DNA of 34,891 nt. It comes from Eubacteriales bacterium (lineage in GTDB: Bacteria; Bacillota; Clostridia; Oscillospirales; CAG-272). Both the position numbers and the translations under genes were made by a program. Below the pieces are notes generated by a model, which saw only the letters and a program-made list of their open reading frames with translations, ran no database searches and was not told where the DNA came from. The stretch spans positions 1-34,891 of the forward strand of contig JAZRIH010000230.1 of the NCBI GenBank assembly GCA_045645175.1, given 5' to 3'. Of this stretch, positions 16,606-24,146 are shown piece by piece. Each line of letters starts with the position of its first letter. The first letter of the stretch is position 1.

Positions 16606-18045
16606 TTAGTCTAACATTTCATCCAGCATAGCAACCGCCAGAACGTAGATCTTGGCGCAGTTGTGAACCTTTTCCATAATGACCGCTTCGTCCTTGCCGT
16701 GGCAGTAGCCTCTGCCCGCAGGGAGAAACTCGCTGATGTTTCTTTGGGTGGGCATACCTGGACCGAAGGAAATGGCATTGGGAATCACCCGTGCATAGTT
16801 TCCGCCGCCCATGACAAAGGGTTGATCCTCTCTGCCGGTGATCTCGCGGAAGAGTTTTTGCAGTGCCACCACATGAGGATTATCCTTAGGGATGTAGTAA
16901 GGCTTAGAGCAGGAGGCTTTGTCAACGGTAAATCCGCATCCTCTCCAGAACTCGTTCAGCCCTGCAGCCAACGCCTCCACGTCACAGGTAATGGGCGTAC
17001 GGCAATCGGCTTTAATTCGCAAAACTCCATCCTGCAGCTTGGCAACTCCGTAAACGATAGTGAGTGCTCCCGACAGATCGTCCCGATACGAAACTCCTTC
17101 GGTAGTACCGCTGTAATCTGCAGTAAGGGTACAAAGCAGGCGGATTGCCTCCTTACAGCTGCCCTTCAGCAGATTAGCCTTGCACAGGGCATTGGACAGA
17201 ATATAAATGGGATTGATTCCAGCCCCCGGAGAGGCTGCATGGGAAGAACGCCCTTTGGCGGTAATCCGAGTACCTTCAGGGATTGCTTCAAGAGTGAGGC
17301 TGTCGGTCATGTATGGCTGTATCGCACCCACAACCCGATCATATTCATCGGACAGAACGGCTACCGCCGTATCAGGGATCATATTACGAGCAGAGCCTGC
17401 GTCAAATGCAAGCAGATTTCCCTCACAGGAAATGGAAATATCACCGCTTGCCGAACCCTTTTGTCCAAAGTTGACAGGGAATCCCGAATCGGGAACGAGG
17501 GAGAGCTTGGGGAATTGATGCCCCATTTTTAGCAGAGCGGTCATGTCCTGCATACCTGTTTCCTCACTGGTACCGCAGTACAGGCGGACGCCGTGGCGCA
17601 GATTCCAGCCGAATTCTCGAAGCATCCGCATCACAAAGAGGCAAGCTACTGCTACACACTTATTGTCGTCCGCACCTCTGCCGATCACCGCATCGTGTTC
17701 GGGCAAATAAGTTGCCGCAAAGGGAGGATAGAGCCAATCTTCCCCCGCAGGGACGACGTCCAGATGGGCAAACAGACCGATGGCATTGTGCGGGTCGCCG
17801 TAGCAGATCGAACCGGCATAGCCGTCATGATCCATGGTTTCAAACCCGTAATCCTGTCCTCGTTGGAGGGCATAATCCAGTACACGGCGGCAATCCTTGC
17901 CAAAGGGTGCCCCCTCCTCAGCCAGATCGGCACGGCTGATCGAAGGAATTCGGGTGAGCGCCTGCAATTCCGAAATAAACTCCCCTCGGTGTGTCTCGAT
18001 CCATTCTTCTGTTTTTTTCAGCAGTACAGTATATTGTTCGTTCAT
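16606..18045 (-). CDS. M20-family metallo-dipeptidase (PepV/Sapep-like)
   Basis: 479-aa ORF with HLDVVPAGEDW and GRGADDNKC metal-site blocks typical of M20. AAGGAG lies 7 nt upstream of ATG 18045. Confidence 0.8.
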   Translation of the reverse strand: MNEQYTVLLKKTEEWIETHRGEFISELQALTRIPSISRADLAEEGAPFGKDCRRVLDYALQRGQDYGFETMDHDGYAGSICYGDPHNAIGLFAHLDVVPAGEDWLYPPFAATYLPEHDAVIGRGADDNKCVAVACLFVMRMLREFGWNLRHGVRLYCGTSEETGMQDMTALLKMGHQFPKLSLVPDSGFPVNFGQKGSASGDISISCEGNLLAFDAGSARNMIPDTAVAVLSDEYDRVVGAIQPYMTDSLTLEAIPEGTRITAKGRSSHAASPGAGINPIYILSNALCKANLLKGSCKEAIRLLCTLTADYSGTTEGVSYRDDLSGALTIVYGVAKLQDGVLRIKADCRTPITCDVEALAAGLNEFWRGCGFTVDKASCSKPYYIPKDNPHVVALQKLFREITGREDQPFVMGGGNYARVIPNAISFGPGMPTQRNISEFLPAGRGYCHGKDEAVIMEKVHNCAKIYVLAVAMLDEMLD

Positions 18046-18094
18046 TACGATTCTCCTTATCCCTGAAAAGTCTCTTTCATCCGCTTGGAGGCAT

Positions 18095-18273
18095 TTATGA
18101 CGTTTTCGTAGAAGGATCGATGAGTGCCAACACCATCCCTATCGAGGTCTCCACGGTGTCGAAACCAATGGAGGTGAAATACTGATAGCCGACCAGCAGT
18201 TTCTCATATTGATTTTTAGCCCTCTGCTTCAGGGGAACAGCTTACCGGGAATACAACAGCTCACTTTGATCAT
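18095..18273 (-). pseudogene. frameshifted, truncated gene remnant, possibly the N-terminus of a xylose-isomerase-like TIM-barrel sugar-phosphate isomerase/epimerase
   Basis: AAGGAG lies 7 nt upstream of ATG 18273, which gives MIKVSCCIPGKLFP*. An adjacent frame continues LKQRAKNQYEKLLVGYQYFTSIGFDTVETSIGMVLALIDPSTKTS* and stops at 18095-18097. The family assignment comes from recalled resemblance only. Confidence 0.4.
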
Positions 18274-18315
18274 AGGGACGCTCCTTCCTGAGTGCACCAA
18301 TGTTTGCTTGACCCG

Positions 18316-18344
18316 ATTATAGCATACTTCACAAAAAGATTCAA
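18316..18344 (-). promoter_or_regulatory. sigma-A type promoter driving the remnant plus the M20 peptidase
   Basis: On the minus strand: TTGAAT, a 17-nt spacer, then TGcTATAAT. Confidence 0.6.
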
Positions 18345-18405
18345 GGTCAGATCAAAAATTCAGACATTTTTGCTTAAAATTCAGGGTTTTCTAATCCGTT
18401 TTTTG

Positions 18406-18434
18406 TTGACGGATTAAATCACTTGTGTTAAAAT
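18406..18434 (+). promoter_or_regulatory. sigma-A type promoter for the beta-propeller gene
   Basis: TTGACG (18406-18411), a 17-nt spacer, then TGtTAAAAT (extended -10, 18426-18434). The -35 sits inside the inverted repeat TAATCCGT...ACGGATTA. Confidence 0.6.
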
Positions 18435-18465
18435 ACAAATAAATCATATTGCTTGGAGGCACATC

Positions 18466-19449
18466 ATGAAATATCCTTTGGAAGAAGCAATTCAGAAATT
18501 CTTTTCCCCCGACGTTCCCCTGTGGAGCGCTGACGAGGAAGAGATTGACCGTCCATTCTGGCCTGTATCTGAGGAAGGAAGCGATCCCTCACTCCCCGGC
18601 GGTGGCCTTGCCCGTCACGATATGCTCTACATCGGCGAGGGCTGCAACAAAATTTTCTTGATTAAAGACGGAAAGATTGCATGGACCTTTTCTACAGGAA
18701 AAGGCTGGGAGCTGGACGATATTTGGATGATGACCAACGGAAACATCGTCTTTTCACGTATGTATTGGGCGGCAGAAGTCACACCCGAGAAAAAAATCGT
18801 CTGGCGCATGGATGCTCCCAAGGGCACGGAAATTCATGCAGTACAGCCCTTGGATTTGAACCGAGTCTTGGTATTAGTCAACGAAGTTCCTGCCCCTCGC
18901 GTGCTGATCATCAACAAAAAGACCGGCGAGCATGAACTGGATCGGGTAATCCCTTACTGGGGAGGCGGCGGAACTCACGGACAGAACCGCCGAATCCGTT
19001 ACACCGCAGAGGGTACATTCCTCGTACCTTATCTTAGCGGCGGTAAAGTAGTAGAATTTGATAAGGACTTCAATGAAATCTGGTCTTACGATGTAGGCAA
19101 GCCTTGGGCGGCGATCCGTTTGAAAAACGGCAATACTCTTATCTCCGATGAATCGGACGAGAGCGTGATCGAGGTTACACCCGACAAGAAAGTCGTTTGG
19201 AGCTTCTGCGTATCTGAATTGCCTGAGGGAATTCGTTTGGAAGGAACACAGTCTTGTGTACGACTGGACAACGGAAATACCATTCTTTGCGCTCGCGGAC
19301 ACGGCAAGACTCCTCAGTTGGTGGAAATTACACCCGACAAAGAGGTGGTTTGGGTCATCAAGGACTGGAAGAATCTCGGTCCTGCAACGGCTGTGCAGAT
19401 TCTGCAAGACGGCGGTATTCCCGAGAATCCAGGCGAATGCCAGAGATGA
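18466..19449 (+). CDS. hypothetical cytoplasmic beta-propeller repeat protein (PQQ-like/ASST-like repeats)
   Basis: 327-aa ORF with GGAGG 6 nt upstream. It has a periodic pattern: GKIAWTF, KKIVWRM, NEIWSY, KKVVWSF, KEVVWVI, each with an NGN-x-[LIV] turn. No signal peptide. Confidence 0.6.
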   Translation: MKYPLEEAIQKFFSPDVPLWSADEEEIDRPFWPVSEEGSDPSLPGGGLARHDMLYIGEGCNKIFLIKDGKIAWTFSTGKGWELDDIWMMTNGNIVFSRMYWAAEVTPEKKIVWRMDAPKGTEIHAVQPLDLNRVLVLVNEVPAPRVLIINKKTGEHELDRVIPYWGGGGTHGQNRRIRYTAEGTFLVPYLSGGKVVEFDKDFNEIWSYDVGKPWAAIRLKNGNTLISDESDESVIEVTPDKKVVWSFCVSELPEGIRLEGTQSCVRLDNGNTILCARGHGKTPQLVEITPDKEVVWVIKDWKNLGPATAVQILQDGGIPENPGECQR

Positions 19450-19708
19450 TTTTGATGGAATAAATATATTGTGTGATGAAAGAGCTTTAATCATATAACA
19501 ATGACTGAAAATCCTCACTTCTTCCGGGAATCGATATCTGCACCCCTTCCCGGTACGGGACGCGCATCTTTGTCGGCTTTATGAGTGAAAGCGGCGTCAA
19601 TTTCGATTACGCAGGCAGACTCCGCGCAGTATCTGCGTTCCGGAATGAAGACGGAACTCTTCGATTTGAGGATCCGGAGCTACAAATCTATCCCCGATTA
19701 AACAAATT

Positions 19709-19740
19709 CCCCTGCACCATCCCGATGGACGGCGCAGGGG
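19709..19740 (-). terminator. probable intrinsic terminator after the alanine symporter gene
   Basis: On the minus strand, an imperfect GC-rich hairpin CCCCTGCGCC...GGTGCAGGGG is followed by AATTTGTTTAAT. Confidence 0.5.
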
Positions 19741-19770
19741 AGTTCTGTTATTGTAGTGAAGAACTAATGA

Positions 19771-21159
19771 TCATTTCTTCTTTTTGTTTGCGTTATGTTT
19801 CTTAGCCGATGCCGCCACGATGCCGTTTAGGGCAAAGAGAGCAATCACGTTGGGCAATACCATCAGCTGATTAAACAGGTCGGTGAGCTCCCACAGCAGA
19901 TCGTTGGAGAGAATCGAGCCTGCGAAGATGAAAAGCATGGCAATGACCGAGTAAATGAGGACACCCTTCTTGCCAAAGAGGTATTCCACATTCAGCTTGC
20001 CAAAAAGATTCCAGCCGATAATGGTGGAGAAGGCAAAGAACAGAAGACAGCTGGCTACGAAAATATTACCGCCCGCCTCTCCGAAGATCGAACCGAAAGC
20101 AAGCTGCGCCATATTGGTCTTATCTACGCCCTCAGCAGCGCCACTTGCTAAAATACCGTTATCTGCGTAAAGGGTAGAGATGACTACCAGCGCAGTCATA
20201 GTCAGTACCACGAAGGTATCGATGAAGACTCCGATCATGGCAACAATGCCCTGCTCATGGGGGGTCTTGACATTTGCCATGGCGTGTGCATGGGGTGTAG
20301 AACCCATACCTGCCTCATTGGAGAACAAACCTCTCTTGGCACCCTGGCTGATCGCAGTAGCGATGGCGTGACCGATGCTGCCGCCGATGATGGCATCGGG
20401 ACGGAAAGCGTATTGGAAGATCATTCCAAAGGTTTCGGGAATGTACTGCGCACGGGCGATGATGATAGCAAGACCGCCCATCAGATAGAGGAGCGCCATG
20501 ACGGGAACCATCTTTTCGGCAACCGAAGCGATACGGTTGAGACCGCCGATGAAGATGAATGCCGATACTGTGGCAATCACCAAACCAACCACCCATGTAG
20601 GAATGTGGAACGCAGTATTGCTGGTAGCGGCGATGGAATTAGATTGCACCATTGCACCCATGAAGCCCAGCGCTAAAATGGTTGCTACTGCGAAGAAGCC
20701 TGCAAGGAATTTACCGAATCGTCCCTTGAAAACAGAGCGGATATAGAAAGCAGGACCGCCGAGCACCGAGCCGTCTTCGTTGACGATACGGGTTTTCTGG
20801 GCAAGCACCGCCTCAGCGTAGATGGTCGCCATACCAAAGAAGGCAATGACCCACATCCAGAAAATGGCACCGGGACCGCCAATCAGGATAGCTCCGCAGG
20901 CACCCACGATGTTACCCGTACCCACTTGCGCGGCGATGGCAGTGGCAAGGGCTTGGAAGGAACTGAGTCCGCTTTTGTGCTTGCCGCCGCGAATGCTGAA
21001 CTTTCCGAAGACGGCGCGCATTCCCTCGCCGAAGCAACGGATCTGCACAAAGCGGGTTCGGACGGTAAAAAACAAACCCGTACCCACAAGCAGAATAATC
21101 AGAATGTAGTCTGATAAGTAAGCGTTGATCGTTTTCACAATCGAGAGTAACCAGTCCAT
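19771..21159 (-). CDS. alsT: sodium:alanine (alanine/glycine:cation) symporter, AGCS family
   Basis: 462-aa polytopic membrane ORF with N-terminal INAYLSDYILIILLVGTGLFFT and the GGPGAIFWMW block typical of AGCS. GGAGG lies 7 nt upstream. Confidence 0.85.
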   Translation of the reverse strand: MDWLLSIVKTINAYLSDYILIILLVGTGLFFTVRTRFVQIRCFGEGMRAVFGKFSIRGGKHKSGLSSFQALATAIAAQVGTGNIVGACGAILIGGPGAIFWMWVIAFFGMATIYAEAVLAQKTRIVNEDGSVLGGPAFYIRSVFKGRFGKFLAGFFAVATILALGFMGAMVQSNSIAATSNTAFHIPTWVVGLVIATVSAFIFIGGLNRIASVAEKMVPVMALLYLMGGLAIIIARAQYIPETFGMIFQYAFRPDAIIGGSIGHAIATAISQGAKRGLFSNEAGMGSTPHAHAMANVKTPHEQGIVAMIGVFIDTFVVLTMTALVVISTLYADNGILASGAAEGVDKTNMAQLAFGSIFGEAGGNIFVASCLLFFAFSTIIGWNLFGKLNVEYLFGKKGVLIYSVIAMLFIFAGSILSNDLLWELTDLFNQLMVLPNVIALFALNGIVAASAKKHNANKKKK

Positions 21160-21233
21160 AATGACCTCCGATAATACTGCAACACAGTGGGTTGCTTAAA
21201 TTCCAACGCGCCATCCAGCAACGAGGTAATGAC

Positions 21234-21262
21234 AGTGTAGCATATTTTTTTCGGTTTGTCAA
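21234..21262 (-). promoter_or_regulatory. sigma-A type promoter for the symporter gene
   Basis: On the minus strand: TTGACA, a 17-nt spacer, then TACACT. It lies about 70 nt upstream of ATG 21159. Confidence 0.55.
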
Positions 21263-21395
21263 CACCAAAAACCGGCATTGACAAAAAAATATCGGATTTG
21301 GCATCATTTTAACAAAATAATTAGCGTTTTGTTGCAGAAGAGAGAAAATATTCACCGAACTACCCGTCGGCAGTTTGACAGGATAAGGAGGAACC

Positions 21396-21728
21396 ATGGC
21401 ATATATCGAAAAACTAACAGCCTGGTTTCAACAGAGCAACTACACCTACCGCGCTCTTGCAGATGCCCCTGCGACCCGCATTTGCATAAAAGAAGCCCAA
21501 GAAAGCCGATTGCTCCATAGGATGGACAATCTCGCATACTCCAGCGCACCCACCACCGGAGTATGCGAGATTGTCCTTTACGACGGCAGACAGAACGGCA
21601 GTGAGCTGTGGAAACGCTTCTATTTCGATCCCATCCATCTGGAAAAGGAAGGATATCAGTGCTGGCACTATATGCATTGGCGAAATAGGAGCAGTATCGT
21701 GCAAAGGTATCTGCATAGAATACAGTAA
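21396..21728 (+). CDS. hypothetical protein (110 aa, no recognisable domain)
   Basis: Strong SD AAGGAGG lies 4 nt upstream of the ATG. The hairpin 21786-21816 lies 58 nt downstream of the stop. Confidence 0.5.
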   Translation: MAYIEKLTAWFQQSNYTYRALADAPATRICIKEAQESRLLHRMDNLAYSSAPTTGVCEIVLYDGRQNGSELWKRFYFDPIHLEKEGYQCWHYMHWRNRSSIVQRYLHRIQ

Positions 21729-21785
21729 AGCCCCCAATCCAGCAAGCCTCGCCCGAACTGGCGCTTTCCCCGAAAACAAAAGAAA

Positions 21786-21816
21786 ACCCACCAAAAATCT
21801 TGCGATTTTGGTGGGT
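21786..21816. terminator. intrinsic terminator 3 nt after the tRNA-fMet 3' end (may also serve the convergent + strand gene)
   Basis: ACCCACCAAAA / TTTTGGTGGGT stem with a 9-nt loop. On the minus strand it is followed by TTTTCTTTTGTTTTC. Confidence 0.7.
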
Positions 21817-21819
21817 TAT

Positions 21820-21897
<78 letters not shown>

Positions 21898-21927
21898 ATA
21901 ACTCTCTGACTTCCTGTCAGCTTTGAT

Positions 21928-21956
21928 AGTATATCATATTACTTTCCATTTGTCAA
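21928..21956 (-). promoter_or_regulatory. sigma-A type promoter dedicated to tRNA-fMet
   Basis: On the minus strand: TTGACA, a 17-nt spacer, then TATACT. An AT-rich UP-like palindrome lies upstream, and the -10 is about 30 nt upstream of the tRNA 5' end. Confidence 0.65.
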
Positions 21957-22006
21957 CCCCTTTTTCAAAAAAAATTAAACTTTTTTCAAAAAAGTTTTCG
22001 ACACCC

Positions 22007-22040
22007 CTCACGCCCTCTCAAACCATTGAGAAGGCGTGAG
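22007..22040 (-). terminator. intrinsic terminator after the acetyltransferase gene
   Basis: On the minus strand, CTCACGCCTTCTCAA-tggt-TTGAGAGGGCGTGAG forms a 15-bp stem with one G.U pair. A T-rich tract follows further downstream. Confidence 0.65.
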
Positions 22041-22048
22041 AAATGAAA

Positions 22049-22660
22049 TCAAAGCTCGACCTTCTTGTCCTTGAAATAGTAGAGCTTATCGTGCTCGCCA
22101 ATCTCGCGGAGCACCTTGCAGGGATTGCCCACAGCAACCACATTTGAGGGAATATCCTTGGTCACTACGCTTCCCGCACCGATCACCGTATTATCGCCGA
22201 TGGTCACGCCGGGAGGGATGGTGGCACCAGCACCTACCCAAACATTGTTTCCAATCGTCACCGATTGATTGTACTGATATACCATGGCGCGCAATTCAGG
22301 GTCGATGGGGTGTCCTGCCGTAGCAATCACCACATTAGGAGCAAACATACAGCCGTCACCAATGGTGATCTCACCGTCGTCCACCAAGGTCAAACCAAAG
22401 TTTGCGTAGACATTTTTGCCCAACTTGGCAAACTTGCCGCCCCAATTGGCATGGAGGGGAGGCTCGATGTAACAGCCCTCACCAATCTCAGCAAACATCT
22501 CTTTCAAAAGCGCCTGTCGTTTTTCGGGTTCGGTGGGACGGGTATGATTGTAATCGTACAGGCGATCCAGACAGCCCTGCTGGACCTTCGCCACCTCAGG
22601 GGTATCGGCAATATAAAGTTTTCCGCTTTTTTGCAGCGCAAGGGATTCTTCTAAAGTCAT
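22049..22660 (-). CDS. maa: maltose/galactoside O-acetyltransferase (left-handed beta-helix, hexapeptide repeats)
   Basis: Mac-type N-terminal domain (LYDYNHTRPTE) followed by hexapeptide repeats (IGNNVWVGAGATIPPGVTIGDNTVIGAGSVV). I set the start at ATG 22660 (MTLEES), 203 aa, which is the typical length. Confidence 0.85.
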   Translation of the reverse strand: MTLEESLALQKSGKLYIADTPEVAKVQQGCLDRLYDYNHTRPTEPEKRQALLKEMFAEIGEGCYIEPPLHANWGGKFAKLGKNVYANFGLTLVDDGEITIGDGCMFAPNVVIATAGHPIDPELRAMVYQYNQSVTIGNNVWVGAGATIPPGVTIGDNTVIGAGSVVTKDIPSNVVAVGNPCKVLREIGEHDKLYYFKDKKVEL

Positions 22661-22689
22661 AGCTACCTCACAGGTATGTGTTTTTTTAC

Positions 22690-22718
22690 AGTATAACATA
22701 GATCTGCGGAAATTGCAA
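22690..22718 (-). promoter_or_regulatory. sigma-A type promoter for the acetyltransferase gene
   Basis: On the minus strand: TTGCAA, a 17-nt spacer, then TGtTATACT. Confidence 0.55.
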
Positions 22719-22852
22719 GATTAGGAGAGTTTTTTCCGATTCCGATAGCAGAGCGCCCCACAGACCGAAAATCTCTCTCGCATTGCGAGAATCGTTGAAT
22801 TTCGCATCGTTTTATATAAATACTTAAATTTTCCAAAACTCTATAAATCTTA

Positions 22853-22881
22853 TTGACAATCACGCGATTGTATGTTACAAT
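22853..22881 (+). promoter_or_regulatory. sigma-A type promoter for the LRR lipoprotein gene
   Basis: TTGACA (22853-22858), a 17-nt spacer, then TACAAT (22876-22881). Confidence 0.6.
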
Positions 22882-22987
22882 TAAATCACATTAGTCGATT
22901 GAATGAAACAAGCAGCAGAAGGTTCTATCTGCGTACTCGATCAATTGAATTATCGGTACTTAAAACTTATAGAAAGAGGTACACATC

Positions 22988-24016
22988 ATGAAAAAAACAC
23001 TTGCACTTTTACTGCTTACTGCATTGTTAACTGCACCGCTGGTCGGATGTGGTACAGCTGATCACGGTGACGAGCCAACAAAAACCACCACCAAGAGTGG
23101 AGAAAAAGAAAATGCCCTCGATAATCTTCCGCCCTACGATGCCTCTGACGCCAATCCTATATCTGATTTCCAATACCAAGTAGGGGAAGATGGTGGAATT
23201 ACCCTCACCAAATACATTGGCGAGGACAAAACTGTCGTTATTCCGCCAACCATAGAGGACAAAGCGGTAACTGTAATTGAGGAACGTTCTTTTGCAGGTG
23301 CGAGCATCGAGTCCCTTGCGATGCCCCATACGGTCATCTACATTAACGCTCACGCATTTATCGGCTGTGAACAGTTAACCAACATACAAATGAGTGCATC
23401 TCTGATTACGATTGCCTGGGGAGCTTTCATGAATTGCAATTCGCTTACGAACATTGATCTTTCAATGAATTCTCTGAAATACCTAGATAATGAAACATTT
23501 ATGGGTTGCAAAAATCTGAAAACAGTGAAATTCGGAGATAATATCCAATTGATCCGTGACAAGGCCTTTTACGACTGTGAATCACTGGAAGAAGCGATTC
23601 TCCCCAAAAATCTAAAGGAGATCGGGCAATATGCATTTGGCAATTGTCTTGGCCTTCGAACAATTTGGATTCCCAAAACAGTTGAAAAATGGGGCTGGTC
23701 TCCGTTCATTGGAAACATTTCTGTCACAGAGATCGTTTTTGAGGACGAATTAAAGCGAATCGGTAGCTACGGAGCTTTTGCTGGTTGTCAGGTCGAGATA
23801 CTGAGAATTCCTGCAAGTGTCGAGTACATAACAGATATTGCTTTTACCGCATTTCCCAAGTTGAAAGAGGTCTATTTTGACGGAGCTGCTCCCGAGGTTG
23901 GAGGGGATATCTTTGCAACACCGGAGCAGGGAGTTAAGATTTATTACAATCCCTCTATGTCGGGTTGGGATACAACTCCCTTGCGGCAGGTGTATACGCT
24001 GATTCCCCTATCCTAA
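22988..24016 (+). CDS. BspA-like leucine-rich-repeat surface lipoprotein
   Basis: Signal peptide with lipobox (LLTAPLVGC). Repeated ~23-aa units of the form AF.xC.xL.xI.xx..... (for example HAFIGCEQLTNI, GAFMNCNSLTNI, ETFMGCKNLKTV, KAFYDCESLEEA, YAFGNCLGLRTI). Confidence 0.8.
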   Translation: MKKTLALLLLTALLTAPLVGCGTADHGDEPTKTTTKSGEKENALDNLPPYDASDANPISDFQYQVGEDGGITLTKYIGEDKTVVIPPTIEDKAVTVIEERSFAGASIESLAMPHTVIYINAHAFIGCEQLTNIQMSASLITIAWGAFMNCNSLTNIDLSMNSLKYLDNETFMGCKNLKTVKFGDNIQLIRDKAFYDCESLEEAILPKNLKEIGQYAFGNCLGLRTIWIPKTVEKWGWSPFIGNISVTEIVFEDELKRIGSYGAFAGCQVEILRIPASVEYITDIAFTAFPKLKEVYFDGAAPEVGGDIFATPEQGVKIYYNPSMSGWDTTPLRQVYTLIPLS

Positions 24017-24115
24017 TTCGTTTTCCCTTCACTATCTGCTGCCGCGAAGATGCCGAAGGCTTCATATCCTCCAAGCGGAACTGCCTTCCCACTAAAATTT
24101 AGAAACAACACAAAA

Positions 24116-24142
24116 ACTCCCTCTGTCATTGACAGAGGGAGT
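24116..24142. terminator. bidirectional intrinsic terminator between the convergent LRR and SulP genes
   Basis: AAAAACTCCCTCTGTC-att-GACAGAGGGAGTCATTTT forms a perfect 12-bp stem. It lies 5 nt from the SulP stop. Confidence 0.8.
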
Positions 24143-24146
24143 CATT

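Noticed and set aside
19581-19805. A 74-aa ORF (MSESGVNFDYAGRLRAV...) lies between the propeller and symporter genes.
   Set aside because: It has no SD, it runs through the symporter terminator hairpin and into the symporter 3' end, and the frame is open upstream without a start codon. At best it is another decayed fragment, and I cannot support it as a gene.
21160-21262. I expected a glycine riboswitch or other leader element upstream of the alanine/glycine symporter.
   Set aside because: The leader is only about 70 nt and lacks the conserved glycine-riboswitch core sequences. It has only short alternative GTTGC/GCAAC/GTTGC pairings of 5-6 bp, which is too weak to call.
22776-22790. The palindrome TCTCGCA-T-TGCGAGA lies between the divergent acetyltransferase and LRR promoters and could be an operator.
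   Set aside because: It has only 7-bp arms, occurs once, has no adjacent regulator gene, and lies more than 55 bp from either promoter core.
22663-22863. A 66-aa minus-strand ORF lies in the intergenic region upstream of the acetyltransferase gene.
   Set aside because: It spans the mapped promoters, has no SD and shows no resemblance to known families.
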